A stretch of DNA of 64,000 nt. It comes from a virus. Lineage: Duplodnaviria; Caudoviricetes. Shown here piece after piece: positions 22,101-32,542 of this stretch; position 1 is the stretch's first letter; each line of letters opens with the position of its first letter. The stretch is taken from positions 96,001 to 160,000 of IMG/VR virus record IMGVR_UViG_3300028832_000095; one strand, written 5' to 3'. Made by a program: the position numbers and the translations under genes. Below the pieces are notes generated by a model that saw only the letters and a program-made list of their open reading frames with translations, had not been told where the DNA came from and searched no databases.

Positions 22101-22657
22101 CTGCTATGAATCTTACTAGAAAAATAGCAGATAATTATAGACTTCCTTATTTCACATTCTCTCCCACATATTCTATTTGTCAGGAACATGGATATCTAAC
22201 AGGGGAACAATGGAAATGTCCTCACTGTGGAAAAGATACAGAAGTATATAGCCGTGTTACAGGTTATTATCGTGCTGTTCAAAACTTCAATGATGGTAAA
22301 GCACATGAGTTTATGGATAGAAAAGAATATACAGATTTTTCCAGAGAATTTGCAACACCAGAGATAAACTATTCTGAAACAAAAGAAGTAAATACAGAAG
22401 AAGTAAAACTTGAAAGACCAATTCTCTTTACCACATCAACCTGTCCAAATTGTAAAATAGTAAAACAGATTCTTGAAGAACATGGATTTGTATATGATGT
22501 AGTAGTTGCAGATCAGGATATGGAAACTGCAAGAAAGTTCAATATCAATCAAGCACCAACTCTTGTTGTTCAAGATGAAGAAGGAAATCTAATTAAAGTA
22601 GCAAATGTATCTAATATAAAGAAGTTCCTTGAAGAAACAGAGGAATCAGAAGAATAA
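19139..22657 (+). CDS. nrdD: Anaerobic (class III) ribonucleoside-triphosphate reductase with ATP cone, intein and C-terminal NrdH/glutaredoxin-like domain
   Basis: IKKRSG ATP cone, HIHDL, YCAGWS, M|CCRL active site, NLEATPAES, YSRVTGYY glycyl radical motif, C-terminal TCPNC...QAPTL. Confidence 0.95.
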   Translation: MYQIKKRSGELELFELSKIKTAIKRTFDSCNRNYQESIIETISIKSVADAETKIKDNVLNVEDIQDSVEKVLMTYGYEDVAKAYILYRKQHEKARNAKETLLNYKKTIESYKNRDDWRVKENSTVTYSLGGLILNNSGAMTANYWLFEIYDDEIGNAHRNCEMHIHDLSFLSAYCAGWSLKQLIQEGLGGVPGKISSDPASHLSTLCNQMVNFIGILQNEWAGAQAFSSVDTYLAPFVKVDNLSYKEVKQCIQSLVFGLNTPSRWGSQSPFSNFTMDWTVPDDLAELNCIVGGKELDFRYKDCKREMDMVNKAFMEVMMEGDANGRGFQYPIPTYSITKEFDWDPEIPNNKLLFEMTAKYGIPYFSNYVNSDMSPSDLRAMCLHPDTEVRFKYDKVFVETSIQDMYDNYDVNKIQILTKFGLRPVKEVQRFGYTGKLLKFTFDNGTTLITTPDHDHVIYEFTGVRRYTNGEKGGFFEYGKQPEGWYLKSKSPVIDGKCHLIKRKASDLKVGDYLSVRSKNGGEYRRGKTYEESYGEDKAKQLKQMFSKDRKGRVSWNKGIPTPLEVRKKISEAEIGHYVSEKCRKASSERWKGSKNPYNKNGVRVSGRSASISNYEIDFEKELLALDTEFVKQYPVLNNNKTYICDFYIPEKNLIIELETDYRYSECSYNNTEKVFISHLKNKYDDIISSGYNLLVINPKIDKSSYRCHINNHTQIINIESIDYDGYVYDLEVNCDDVGGDTTLYHTFYANNILTGNCCRLRLDLRELRRKSGGYFGSGESTGSIGVVTLNLPRIAYTSKTEEEFFTKLDKLMDIAARSLNIKRTVVSQLLEQGLYPYTKRYLGSFNNHFSTIGIVGMNECCLNANWIGYDISTKIGYEFSKKVLDHIRERLSDYQEQYGDLFNLEATPAESTSFRFAMHDKKDFPNIITAGDKTDGAPYYTNSSHLPVGYTDDIFEALDHQDDLQTKYTSGTVFHAFLGEKLPSWQAAMNLTRKIADNYRLPYFTFSPTYSICQEHGYLTGEQWKCPHCGKDTEVYSRVTGYYRAVQNFNDGKAHEFMDRKEYTDFSREFATPEINYSETKEVNTEEVKLERPILFTTSTCPNCKIVKQILEEHGFVYDVVVADQDMETARKFNINQAPTLVVQDEEGNLIKVANVSNIKKFLEETEESEE
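20282..21409 (+). mobile_element. Intein (376 aa) in NrdD carrying a NUMOD3-like plus DUF559/Vsr-like endonuclease
   Basis: Starts CLHPDTEV, block B TTPDH, block F VYDLEV, ends ILTGN before Cys+1; removal restores RAMCCRLRLD. Confidence 0.9.
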
Positions 22658-22664
22658 TTGTAGT

Positions 22665-22716
22665 AATAATCCACAAATAAGTTCTGAAATAATAGGACTT
22701 ATTTGTGGGTTATTTT
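22665..22716 (+). terminator. Intrinsic terminator after nrdD
   Basis: aatccacaaataagttct/ggacttatttgtgggtt stem plus T tail. Confidence 0.75.
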
Positions 22717-22719
22717 GTA

Positions 22720-22754
22720 TTGACATTTTTATGTTTTTGTGTTATACTATATTA
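22720..22754 (+). promoter_or_regulatory. Sigma-A-type promoter (repeat family)
   Basis: TTGACA-17-TATACT-ATATT. Confidence 0.8.
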
Positions 22755-22884
22755 TATAGACAGAATAATATAACTATAACATTTAATTCGGTTTAACTTG
22801 AAAAAAAAAGACAAATGATTAACAATATGTATTGAGTTCGGTAAGATACCGACAATACAATAAATAAGAAAGGTTGAATGACTT

Positions 22885-23466
22885 ATGGTAAAGAAATTAA
22901 GATTGGACGAATCAAATCAGAAACCTGTTGTAAATGAGATTTTGTCCGACAACCTGGAATTATACCTCCAAGATTTTGCACAGGAATACGGTGGTATTGA
23001 TTATAACGATATTTCAGATCTTAGTAAATGTTGGGATAAACTTGAGAATGCTACGAAGTCCAGAATCAGAAAGTTTGTTTCGGAGATCAAAAAAGCCTGT
23101 AAAGAAACAGGAATGGATGCTTACGAACTTTCCCAGGAATATCCGGAAGATAAAGAAAATTGTGAAAACCTTGTAAAGCATATCAAAAATGCTATTAAGG
23201 GATGTAAGAAAGAATCTGTAAACGGAAAGTTAAAAGAATATGTCACAGTTAGTACAAATGTTAAGGAAGAAATAAACACTACCTTAAGTAGACTTCAAGA
23301 TACTCTTAAAGGCCTGTACTTTATGAAAGACGAATTTTATAAGGACGAATATGTAGCAAGACTTGTAGATAATCTAGACACAATAAATGATTGTATATCT
23401 AGAATTCAGTATGACGAATCAGATGCTTGGCAACATGACAATAATGGAAAAGAAATAAATTGGTAA
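22885..23466 (+). CDS. Candidate capsid-cargo protein (MVKKLRLDE/S)
   Basis: N-terminal LxE signal, internal KKES...KLKE linker, structured leader. Confidence 0.6.
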   Translation: MVKKLRLDESNQKPVVNEILSDNLELYLQDFAQEYGGIDYNDISDLSKCWDKLENATKSRIRKFVSEIKKACKETGMDAYELSQEYPEDKENCENLVKHIKNAIKGCKKESVNGKLKEYVTVSTNVKEEINTTLSRLQDTLKGLYFMKDEFYKDEYVARLVDNLDTINDCISRIQYDESDAWQHDNNGKEINW

Positions 23467-23602
23467 GAAACGGTCTTAACATTAGAAATTTAATTTGTAA
23501 GAAATACAAAAAAAAAACAAATACCTACAATAAATAGTGGTACAAGAAGAGAAGTTGTTATTAGTACCACATAAAAATAATTTTAGAAAGGAATTATGCG
23601 TT

Positions 23603-24283
23603 ATGGTTAAGAAATTAAGACTAAGTGAAGCTAATACTCAAAGAATTGACCAGGTAATGACTAAAAAAACTATTCAAAACAAACTCGATGAGATTCGTGA
23701 TGATGTTTTTCGTCGAGGAACATACAGAATGGATGGAGTAGACCATAAAATTAAAAGTGTAAGATGTACCATCGAGGATGTGTGGGATGTTCCTACTAAG
23801 CCTGGTATTTGGGATATACTGGGTTATGTTGATATTAGATGGGACTACGATGAAGATTCAGATACAGTTGGAACACAAGATAATTTTAGTTTTTACTATG
23901 ATCCGGAAAAAGATGTTATTATAGAGAAAACAGACGAGTCTAAATTGAGAAAAAGATATGGGCATAGATTAAAAGAATCCGAACGTATGTTAAAAGAAGG
24001 CAACCAGGAATGGTTTGATAAACAACTAACTACCGCGAAAAGATATCTGACAGACATTATAGATGCTGCGGAGAACGCTAGAGATCAATTATCCCAGTAT
24101 GTTACAGATGTTGAAGACGAGGTAGGAATTTCTGACGACCCAGAAAGACTGTTAGCTTTGGCTGGAAACCTAATAGCTAAAGCAAATAGAAAACTTGGGC
24201 AAGCAACAGAATTAGTTAATTCGTCTGACGTTTATTTTGATTTGTATTACTATAAACATGGTGGAACAGACGATGATATCTGA
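23603..24283 (+). CDS. Candidate capsid-cargo protein (MVKKLRLSE/A)
   Basis: GAAAGGA RBS before ATG 23603; same N-terminus as 22885; DESKLRKRYGHRLKES linker. Confidence 0.6.
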   Translation: MVKKLRLSEANTQRIDQVMTKKTIQNKLDEIRDDVFRRGTYRMDGVDHKIKSVRCTIEDVWDVPTKPGIWDILGYVDIRWDYDEDSDTVGTQDNFSFYYDPEKDVIIEKTDESKLRKRYGHRLKESERMLKEGNQEWFDKQLTTAKRYLTDIIDAAENARDQLSQYVTDVEDEVGISDDPERLLALAGNLIAKANRKLGQATELVNSSDVYFDLYYYKHGGTDDDI

Positions 24284-24305
24284 TTAGTATATAGTGAATA
24301 TACAC

Positions 24306-24343
24306 AAAAACCCTTACATATATTTGTAAGGGTTTTTATTTTT
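24306..24343 (+). terminator. Intrinsic terminator
   Basis: aaaaacccttaca/tgtaagggttttt stem. Confidence 0.8.
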
Positions 24344-24349
24344 GTCCTA

Positions 24350-24385
24350 TTGACTTTTTCTATAAAATGTGTTATACTATATTTG
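24350..24385 (+). promoter_or_regulatory. Sigma-A-type early promoter (repeat family)
   Basis: TTGACT-17-TATACT-ATATTT. Confidence 0.85.
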
Positions 24386-26339
24386 TAAGTTAAACGGAAC
24401 AACAACCAACAGGAGGAAAAGAAAATGAGTAAAACAAGATGTAGGAAGACAAGATACACGGTTACGTTTGAGATATTTTCTAATAATGGTGAACACAGAA
24501 AGTTCAATGAAAACTTCTGTTCCTATGATCCTGAAAAGTACATTGAAACATATGTGAAACGTGTTAAAAGGAAGTGGGCATATGCTGGTCTTTCCATTTC
24601 CATTAAATTCTATGATCTAAAAGAAAGATAATTAAGGAGGATATCAATATGAAACAGATAAGATTTGTAATTAGTAATGATACCTTTGGAAGAAACTATC
24701 TTGCTATTAGTGCGTGGAATTGTACGTTGGATGATCCGGTCGGTGTTTTTTGGACTTCTTTTGTGAATTGGGAGATTCTTCAAAAGGAGATTGCAAAACA
24801 TTCTGATTTTGGAAGAGTTACAGCGTTCAAAACAAAAGAAGAGGCAGAATCTGTTTGTCGTGAATTTGAAATCAAAGACTATACTATCCGTGAAATTATT
24901 ATGGATGTTTAATAATATGAAATTCAAGAAATTTATTGGAAATCTCACACTTTGTATTTGACGAATAATGAATAGTCATGAACCGAATGAGGAGGTACTT
25001 TATGACATTAACAGATATTTTATCCATGCCACAAGGATACACTCCAGAACAGTGGCAGAAAGAATTAGACCGTAAAAAGAGAATTGAAAAGAAGTTGAGG
25101 AAGTTGTCTACTGATCTTGATTTCTACTTAGACGGTTATGATATGACAGGGAAAGAAAAGTTCAAAGAACAGGCAGATCAGATTAAGTTTGAAATGGATA
25201 AGTTGAAGAAGAATTTATAAGGAGGATATTATGGCAAAGGGTTTTACAGATTATGTTTTTAATAATCTCAAGAGTAGTGGTTTTTACCATAACTATGATT
25301 ATCGTCATTATCCAACGGAAACACTTCCATACGATAACCATGTGAACAGACATATTGAAATTTATCTTCTTGTCAAAGAATATGTCGATCTTTATGAAGA
25401 TGGAAAGAACGCTTCTGAAGCTACTGCGAAACTTATCAAGGAACGTCTGAATGAAATAGCTAAGAAATTAGCAAAGACTTATTATATCGTAACAGAAGAT
25501 GAGTTGAAGTGACACAATGTTATGATGAGATTATACTTATGGAAAAGTTGAGAATAGTAAGGAGTTTGTAAAATCTCCTTATACATTCTATTCTAGCTAT
25601 ATGGAAGGTAGGTAAACAAATGAACTACTATCTTATAAGAGAAACAATAGAATATAATAATAAAGTCACAACAGAAAAAATATGTGTCTCTGCCGGAGTT
25701 TTCAAAACAAAAGAATCCGCATGGAACTATGCAAAAGAACTTATTGATTCATGTGGAGAATTTGGGAAAACAGTAAGAACAAAGACATATGAAAAAATGA
25801 GACTTGTGTGTAATTATTGGGATGGAACAGAATTTACATATTCACTTGTTCCGGTAAGAGTTATGGAGTGATATAATTATGATTACAAAAGAAACATTCA
25901 AAAACGGTAAGGATACCCTTGTTGGTCTTCCGGCAAAAGAAGTGATTGAATTCATTAAAAACTCAGAAAAGTTTTCCATAGATTATATAACGGATAACGC
26001 TTATCCGATGGATTTTAATAGATATGGAAGAATTGTTTTTGATCTTCCTAGTGGATATGAACGTATTGGAGGAACTGGAAGAGGACATATCTCTATTCAC
26101 TTTAAGTATGTTCAAATAAATCCTAAATCATATCGTTTCAATGTTTCTAATCTGTTTAGAGTTATCATGGAAGTAGATAAGATCACAGAATCACAAGTAT
26201 ATCTTCCGGAAAATTTTGAGTTTTAAGAACTATGTAATTCAAAATACATTGATAATACATCTGACTATTATGATACGGCAGATGAGTTAATTAGATACTT
26301 CAATGAGATGCAGCGGAAAGGTAAGAATTATAGAGATGA

Positions 26340-26945
26340 ATGTTTGTTGAATTGAAAAGTTATGTTGCGGATACATTTTCAGTATCCGCTGATAGTATAT
26401 CCGAATCAATGTTTATACTTCCATATGATGAAGGTTCTTATCAAATAAATGAACAAATAGAAGATCCAATAAAAACAAGTATATTCTATAATGTAGATAA
26501 AGAGAATGGAATAATCAAATCAAGTATTTGTTCTGATATAGAGTATATTCCTGGTGAAGGTTATGTTAGTTTCAAATCTGCTGAGATAGAGGATTATAGA
26601 AGTTCAAGAAAACAAGAATTTTCTATTCCACAAGAACTGTTAGACATAATACCAAAAAGAGATGAACAGGGTAAAAAAGGATCTTCCGGAGCAAAAGCAC
26701 CCGTTGGTAGTTCATATTATATATTCGATGACGGAACTAATTTTACAGAAATTACATCATATGAGAATCTTGCAGATGCCGTGGATGATGAGAAACAAAG
26801 AGGCAATATATTCACAAAAACAAATATAATAGGACGAAGCGGAGGAATCTTATATATTCAATCTTGGGGATTCCAAAACATATACAAAATGATTCCATAT
26901 ATACAATTCATTCCAAGAAAGTATTTCCTATATACCGGAGAGTAA
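26340..26945 (+). CDS. Hypothetical protein
   Basis: 201-aa ORF on the coding strand. Confidence 0.55.
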   Translation: MFVELKSYVADTFSVSADSISESMFILPYDEGSYQINEQIEDPIKTSIFYNVDKENGIIKSSICSDIEYIPGEGYVSFKSAEIEDYRSSRKQEFSIPQELLDIIPKRDEQGKKGSSGAKAPVGSSYYIFDDGTNFTEITSYENLADAVDDEKQRGNIFTKTNIIGRSGGILYIQSWGFQNIYKMIPYIQFIPRKYFLYTGE

Positions 26946-27076
26946 GAAATATTCAGTTTAGGTTATAATTTTAATCAGTATTAAACACAAAAAAACCCCA
27001 AGACTTTACATTAAGTAGTGAACAGCAATTATGTTCACTACTTAATTTTTTGTAATATGAAAGGAATTGATTATAT

Positions 27077-27655
27077 ATGATAAGAAGATTGAATGAGAAT
27101 AATGCCCGTGAAGAAATGATAAAAGATGATATTGAATACATAACAAAACAGGGTGGAGATATTTATGAGGTAGCCGATTATCTTGAAAATCTTGGATTTG
27201 AAGAAGGTGGAAGCACCGCACTTAAAGATAACCAAACAGGTAAAACAGAAATAACAACATTTTACAAAGATAGCGGTAGTAATATGTCTGTTGGTGTTAC
27301 ACATGAACCTTTATATAAAGGAGGAATGGTTCTAGGTACTCGCTTTACATATGGTGGAGGAACTAGAAATAAACTTGAATCTGTAAGAAGAAAACGTATT
27401 GTAAAAGAATCAGCAAAAACAGAAAAATTTGAAAAAATACTTGATATGCTTAGTGGATTAGGTTATGAGGGTAATGTAAATATTGTTGAGGCAGATCTAT
27501 CGAAAGGTAAAACAGTAGGAACTGTTAAAATTTTCAGATCTTCATATAGAATAGATTCTGATACATATGATGAAGACGATATTCTAAATGCCACCTGTTT
27601 AGGTCTTTCTCAAAAGAATGGCGGGGCTATTGATAGATTTTATATTTCTATCTAA
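27077..27655 (+). CDS. Candidate capsid-cargo protein (MIRRLNE/N)
   Basis: LNE signal; LESVRRKRIVKES linker; hairpin leader. Confidence 0.6.
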   Translation: MIRRLNENNAREEMIKDDIEYITKQGGDIYEVADYLENLGFEEGGSTALKDNQTGKTEITTFYKDSGSNMSVGVTHEPLYKGGMVLGTRFTYGGGTRNKLESVRRKRIVKESAKTEKFEKILDMLSGLGYEGNVNIVEADLSKGKTVGTVKIFRSSYRIDSDTYDEDDILNATCLGLSQKNGGAIDRFYISI

Positions 27656-27773
27656 GTTGATCTTTATTAAACACAAAAAAAAAACAAAGAATAACAATAT
27701 CCATGTAGACTGATATGGTAAACAGTTTACATTGATATTTTTCAGTAATATGAAATAGAAAGGATAATGATAT

Positions 27774-28316
27774 ATGATTAAGAGATTGAATGAAATTACG
27801 GACGGAAAAACTTTTCTTGAAAAATCTATAGAACTCGCAAGGTGGTTATACGGTCATACTGCAAATTATGAAATGTCATCTGAGAGTAGACTGGATTTAC
27901 AGATGGAGCTTTCTAAACTTATTGCAATGATTGAAGGAGCAAATAATTATTATTTAGATGTAAAGAAAGAATCTAAATCAAGAACTAGAAAAAGAAGTAT
28001 TAAAGAAGGAATTGAACAAGTAGATGGCTATGCTGTTCAAATACATGATATGGGTAAGGGTTATATTCATCTTCTTCTTTTTAATGACGAATCGACAGCA
28101 GAAGAAGTATTAGAGTCACTTGAATATTTAGAATCAGCAGAAGATATTGATGAAGAAATGTTTTATGCCGAAGTTGATTATAATGTTGATATTGCCGATG
28201 ATGTTGTAAATGAAATTGATTGGAGAAGAGAAGTTGATAATAACGATGTATGGACTGCCTCTGACGATACAAAATACAAAATTATTGGCAGTGTTGATCT
28301 TTGGTTGTATTGGTAA
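27774..28316 (+). CDS. Candidate capsid-cargo protein (MIKRLNE/I)
   Basis: LNE signal; KESKSRTRKRSIKEG linker; hairpin leader. Confidence 0.6.
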   Translation: MIKRLNEITDGKTFLEKSIELARWLYGHTANYEMSSESRLDLQMELSKLIAMIEGANNYYLDVKKESKSRTRKRSIKEGIEQVDGYAVQIHDMGKGYIHLLLFNDESTAEEVLESLEYLESAEDIDEEMFYAEVDYNVDIADDVVNEIDWRREVDNNDVWTASDDTKYKIIGSVDLWLYW

Positions 28317-28348
28317 TTTCACATCATTGTTAATTAGTAATAATACAC

Positions 28349-28386
28349 AAAAACTTCCTAATTTATGTTAGGAAGTTTTTATTTTT
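28349..28386 (+). terminator. Intrinsic terminator
   Basis: aaaaacttcctaa/ttaggaagttttt stem. Confidence 0.8.
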
Positions 28387-28403
28387 CTATTTCAGGAAAA
28401 CAC

Positions 28404-28438
28404 TTGACTTTTTAGATTGTTTGTGTTATACTATATTT
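28404..28438 (+). promoter_or_regulatory. Sigma-A-type early promoter (repeat family)
   Basis: TTGACT-17-TATACT-ATATTT. Confidence 0.85.
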
Positions 28439-28717
28439 ACAGTAATACGTTTTAGGAGGTAACTGTAATATGCCTAATATCAAAAAACAGGAAGTAGAAT
28501 TTCTCCGGTCACTGGTTGATAAGATTGAGAACTGTAAAGATATGGAACAGGAAGCGTTCACTCTCCAAACAATCCTGAACAGACTTGATGCTAAACAGGA
28601 AGAAGCAAATAAAAGAACTCTTGAAATTGTTACAGAGAAGAGGGAACAAGATCCTTGTTACGGCAGATCAAAAGAAGAAAAGGAACGGATTAAGAATAGA
28701 AAGCGAGGTAAGAAATA

Positions 28718-29308
28718 ATGGAATCCTATGTAGTGATGGAACTTGAAAAAGAAAGACAGAAGTTATATGATGAATTCAGATCTATTGAGATTAGACTTTG
28801 TGCAATTACAAAGGAACAAATCGAAGAAAGAAAAAGAGCTATTGAGAATCCGGATAATGGATTGGTTTATATTCTGAATGCTTGTAGAGATTACTTAAAG
28901 GCATCGGATCAGTTGGAACACAGTAAATGTATCAATAGGGCAGAAGTACATCTTGCAGATTTCTTTGGAAGTAAGCAAGTATCTGTTGCTGACATTATTG
29001 GTCATGGATATGACGATAGAGAGATTACAATTAGATTCACTTGTCGGGAAAGTAATCTTGAATGGGAACTTGTAATTGCAAATCCAGAAAGTAATTATCG
29101 GATCAATGATAAGTCTGTTATTTATGCTACATATAATGATTATCTTAAAGTATTTTCTCTTACGGCAACTTTAAGGTACATAAAAAGATCTTCTGAATAT
29201 GCATCCTATTCTGTATCATTCAAAGATATATTTCTTGATAAAGATTTCCAAGAAGTTGTGATTAAAACAAATAAGGAGGATATTGAAAATGGCACTGATG
29301 AAGATTGA
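28718..29308 (+). CDS. Hypothetical protein
   Basis: Translationally coupled (TAATG) to 28470..28718. Confidence 0.6.
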   Translation: MESYVVMELEKERQKLYDEFRSIEIRLCAITKEQIEERKRAIENPDNGLVYILNACRDYLKASDQLEHSKCINRAEVHLADFFGSKQVSVADIIGHGYDDREITIRFTCRESNLEWELVIANPESNYRINDKSVIYATYNDYLKVFSLTATLRYIKRSSEYASYSVSFKDIFLDKDFQEVVIKTNKEDIENGTDED

Positions 29309-29604
29309 TTCCGGTAGAGTTAGTGCGGTAGGTCTTTTGACTTCCTCACTGGATTTGTTTAATATCTCATATGAGGTTTATTATGTTGCGGATCAGAATG
29401 GCTTTATGGTTGTATTCCCTAATTTGAAAGATCGTAAAGGTGATGTTGTTCTACACGATTTTTCCTACGGTCACGAAGGTAATCTGTTTGAAGGTTATGG
29501 GGAAATGAGTACAGTTGATGGAGATGTTTGTGTGTTTGAAAGTCTTGGGGAGATTGTAGAACTCGCAAAGCAGAAAGGTTTTTATTTTTAAGGAGGAAGA
29601 ATAA

Positions 29605-30117
29605 ATGATACCGTTAATTAAAGAAGATAGTTTTATGGAAATGGCGAAACTGATTCCAGATTATGCCGATGAATTGCTTTGTGGAGACTTTGGAGATTTT
29701 ATATATTTTTCTCCAAAACTACATCCGGCAGGTCCAAGAGTAAAGTTCTATGGTGGAACCAAAGAAACATCGACAACAAGAAAAGCACCTACACTTGCTT
29801 TTACAAATACAGGTGAAACAACTCTTGAATTAGCTAATTGGATGAACAAGAAGAATTGTCCAAATGCATTTGATTCTGAATATGTTGAAAAAGTACATAA
29901 CTTTGTAAACAGACTTCTTCCGATTCTACTTCTTGTTTGGTATGGGAAATTAGACGAAGCCCGCGCATTGAAGTATTTTGAAGGGGCTATTACATTAACA
30001 AAATTATTGTCGTATCTTAGGGAGATTCCTGAAAATCATCTTAAATATCTAAGAACTTGTGAGACATTGGATCAGATACAGGAATATTGTTTGAAGAATA
30101 ACCTATATAAATCATAA
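29605..30117 (+). CDS. Hypothetical protein with IKE/xxFME-MA signal (candidate cargo)
   Basis: MIPLIKEDSFMEMAK; HPAGPRVKF. Confidence 0.55.
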   Translation: MIPLIKEDSFMEMAKLIPDYADELLCGDFGDFIYFSPKLHPAGPRVKFYGGTKETSTTRKAPTLAFTNTGETTLELANWMNKKNCPNAFDSEYVEKVHNFVNRLLPILLLVWYGKLDEARALKYFEGAITLTKLLSYLREIPENHLKYLRTCETLDQIQEYCLKNNLYKS

Positions 30118-30131
30118 GGAGGAAAAAATAA

Positions 30132-30602
30132 ATGAGATTTGTTTCAGAACTGGAATATGACAGATGGATTACAGATATGTATGATTCATATCAAAATAGA
30201 GGTAAAGAGTTTACTAATGTTCGTGTTCTAACTTTACAGGAAAGAGAAGCAACAAAAAGAACAATTATTATGAATATTATGACAGGAAGAACATCAGTCG
30301 CAAAATGCCACAAAGATGATAAATTCTCTTATACTATTGGAGTAGCAATCGCTTGGGCAAAATATAGGAACATGGAAATTCCTATTAAATCTAGTATTGT
30401 CAGTATCCATGATCTTGAACCCGGAGATGAATTCTATTTCAGACATAATTTCTCAAAGTCACACATTTTCATCGGTTTCCACTCTAACGGAGTTGAAGGA
30501 GATGATGTTATTCTATATAAGAATACAAGAAAGTCGAAGAAGATTGAAATTGAACCCTTGTCACAGTTCAAAGAACCGTTGACAGTTTATAAGGTATTTT
30601 GA
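30132..30602 (+). CDS. Hypothetical protein, AxCHxxDxF...GxAIAWA family member
   Basis: Motif shared with 42478 and 54168. Confidence 0.6.
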   Translation: MRFVSELEYDRWITDMYDSYQNRGKEFTNVRVLTLQEREATKRTIIMNIMTGRTSVAKCHKDDKFSYTIGVAIAWAKYRNMEIPIKSSIVSIHDLEPGDEFYFRHNFSKSHIFIGFHSNGVEGDDVILYKNTRKSKKIEIEPLSQFKEPLTVYKVF

Positions 30603-31110
30603 GTGGAGGTAAATAATTATGAAGAAAACAATTGAAGTAGAAGTTCCTATTACAGTAGATGATATTGTAGAATTCCTTTCATCCGGATCAGCATCAGCAG
30701 TAAAGGAACTAGCAACTAAACTTAGCATTAATACTTTGTCTTATTTTGCATCACGATATGTAAATAGAGTAAATGAAGAAGATCCGGAAACATATGAAAA
30801 ATTCGTACAGTATCTTCCTACAATTAAGCCCACAGTAAAAACAGAGTCAAAGAATATGGAAGATAAAAAAGAAGAACAGAAACCAAAATATGAGCTTGGA
30901 TACAGGTTTAAGATACAGTTGACAAATATATTCGGTAATAAGAGTGAAACAGAGTGTTGTATCTCAGCGATTACAAGAACAGAGAGATATGGAAGATATA
31001 GATATTCATACACAATCTCAACAAACAGATTTCCTTATGAGTGGACATGGGATGAAAATACGTTGAGGAAGTACATAGAGGATGGAAAGACATTCTTGTG
31101 AAAAGTATAC

Positions 31111-31146
31111 AAAAATACCCACATAACTTTGTGGGTATTTTTTATT
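31111..31146 (+). terminator. Intrinsic terminator
   Basis: aaaaatacccaca/tgtgggtattttt stem. Confidence 0.8.
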
Positions 31147-31165
31147 CTAATTTTTTCTAAAACAC

Positions 31166-31201
31166 TTGACATTTTACTATAAATATGTTATACTATATTT
31201 G
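31166..31201 (+). promoter_or_regulatory. Sigma-A-type early promoter (repeat family)
   Basis: TTGACA-17-TATACT-ATATTT. Confidence 0.85.
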
Positions 31202-31238
31202 TAAGGTTAAGGTGTTACACGCGAACAGGAGGTACAAT

Positions 31239-32402
31239 ATGAAGACTTATACAACAACAAAGGTTAAGTTCACCGAACTGGAAAAGAAACTCAACAGATT
31301 GTTCAAGAAACTGGATGCAATCGGTGCAGACTACACATTCAATAAGATCAGAGACTTCGCAGATGATGTTCCTGTTTACGCAATTGATGAGCTCACTCAG
31401 ACCAAAGTTAAGGTTGATACTGTTAAGGTTGAGTGTGTTGAATTTGAACTGGATTTCGACACATACAAGGTTGGAGATTACAGAGTAGCAGCAGTTCTGG
31501 AAAGAACAACTGATGAGAATGACAACCTTGTTTACACTCTGGATGAAGCACTGGATTATAAGAAATATGCCCATACCGCACTCCGTTGCGATCACTGCCA
31601 TACTGCACATAACAGAAAAAGAGCAATCGTACTTATCGACAATAATAATGGTAATGAAATCGTAGTCGGTAAGACCTGTGTAAAGGACTTCATTGGTATT
31701 TGCACAGATACTTTTAGCAATTACCTTTACGGAATCACTGAGATCCTGAATGACATTGACGATGGGATTTGGGATAACGAAATGCACCTTTACACAAGAG
31801 TTATTGATCATGTTGAGTATCTGGCAAGATGCATCGAACTCACAGAGAAAAAGGGTTATTACAAGAGCCTTAAAGCAGATTCCCTTTACAACCTCAAGAA
31901 CCATGTTAATGATAAGTATTATGATCTTGCTAAGAAGGTAGTAGACTTTTACGAGAACTATGAGACTGTTGACAACTTTGAACACAATATTCGGATGTTC
32001 GTTACCGGAAGAACTCCTATCGTTGCAGAGAATGGTTTTGTAGCATACGCTTATACACAGTATGTAAAGATTCTTGATAAGCAAAGAAAAGAAGCAGAAA
32101 GACTTGCAATTGTAGGAAAGAGCAACTATGTTGGTGAAACTGGAAAGAAGTACACATTCACTGGCAAGATTGAAAGAGTTGCCGGATATGATACAGATTA
32201 TGGTTATGTCACAGTGTTTACATTCAGAACAGTTGACGGAAATGCAATCGTATGGAAAACAACATCTGATCCGCTTACAAAAGACTACACAGAAATTGGA
32301 ACAATCGAAGTCACCGGAACAGTAAAAGAACACAAAGAATATAGAGATGAAAAACAGACAATCCTTACAAGGTGCAAGATCAGAGAAGTGGTTGGAGCAT
32401 AA
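31239..32402 (+). CDS. Phage protein with Zn-binding motif and probable C-terminal OB fold
   Basis: AGGAGGT RBS; CDHC...GKTC; C-terminal YVGETG...WKT...GTVKEHKEY...QTILTRC. Confidence 0.6.
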   Translation: MKTYTTTKVKFTELEKKLNRLFKKLDAIGADYTFNKIRDFADDVPVYAIDELTQTKVKVDTVKVECVEFELDFDTYKVGDYRVAAVLERTTDENDNLVYTLDEALDYKKYAHTALRCDHCHTAHNRKRAIVLIDNNNGNEIVVGKTCVKDFIGICTDTFSNYLYGITEILNDIDDGIWDNEMHLYTRVIDHVEYLARCIELTEKKGYYKSLKADSLYNLKNHVNDKYYDLAKKVVDFYENYETVDNFEHNIRMFVTGRTPIVAENGFVAYAYTQYVKILDKQRKEAERLAIVGKSNYVGETGKKYTFTGKIERVAGYDTDYGYVTVFTFRTVDGNAIVWKTTSDPLTKDYTEIGTIEVTGTVKEHKEYRDEKQTILTRCKIREVVGA

Positions 32403-32542
32403 ATCCAACCACTTTTTCTATTTTATCAATTCTAACTACATACAGAATAAATAAACCGAATATTTGATAACAATAATACATAGTACGAATCGCCGTTTAC
32501 TATGTCTTTTTTTTTTATTCTTTATGTAGGAGATGATTTCTA

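Noticed and set aside
31215-32408. 397-aa minus-strand ORF
   Set aside because: Exact antisense shadow of the strongly codon-biased 31239..32402 gene; no RBS or promoter, implausible composition.
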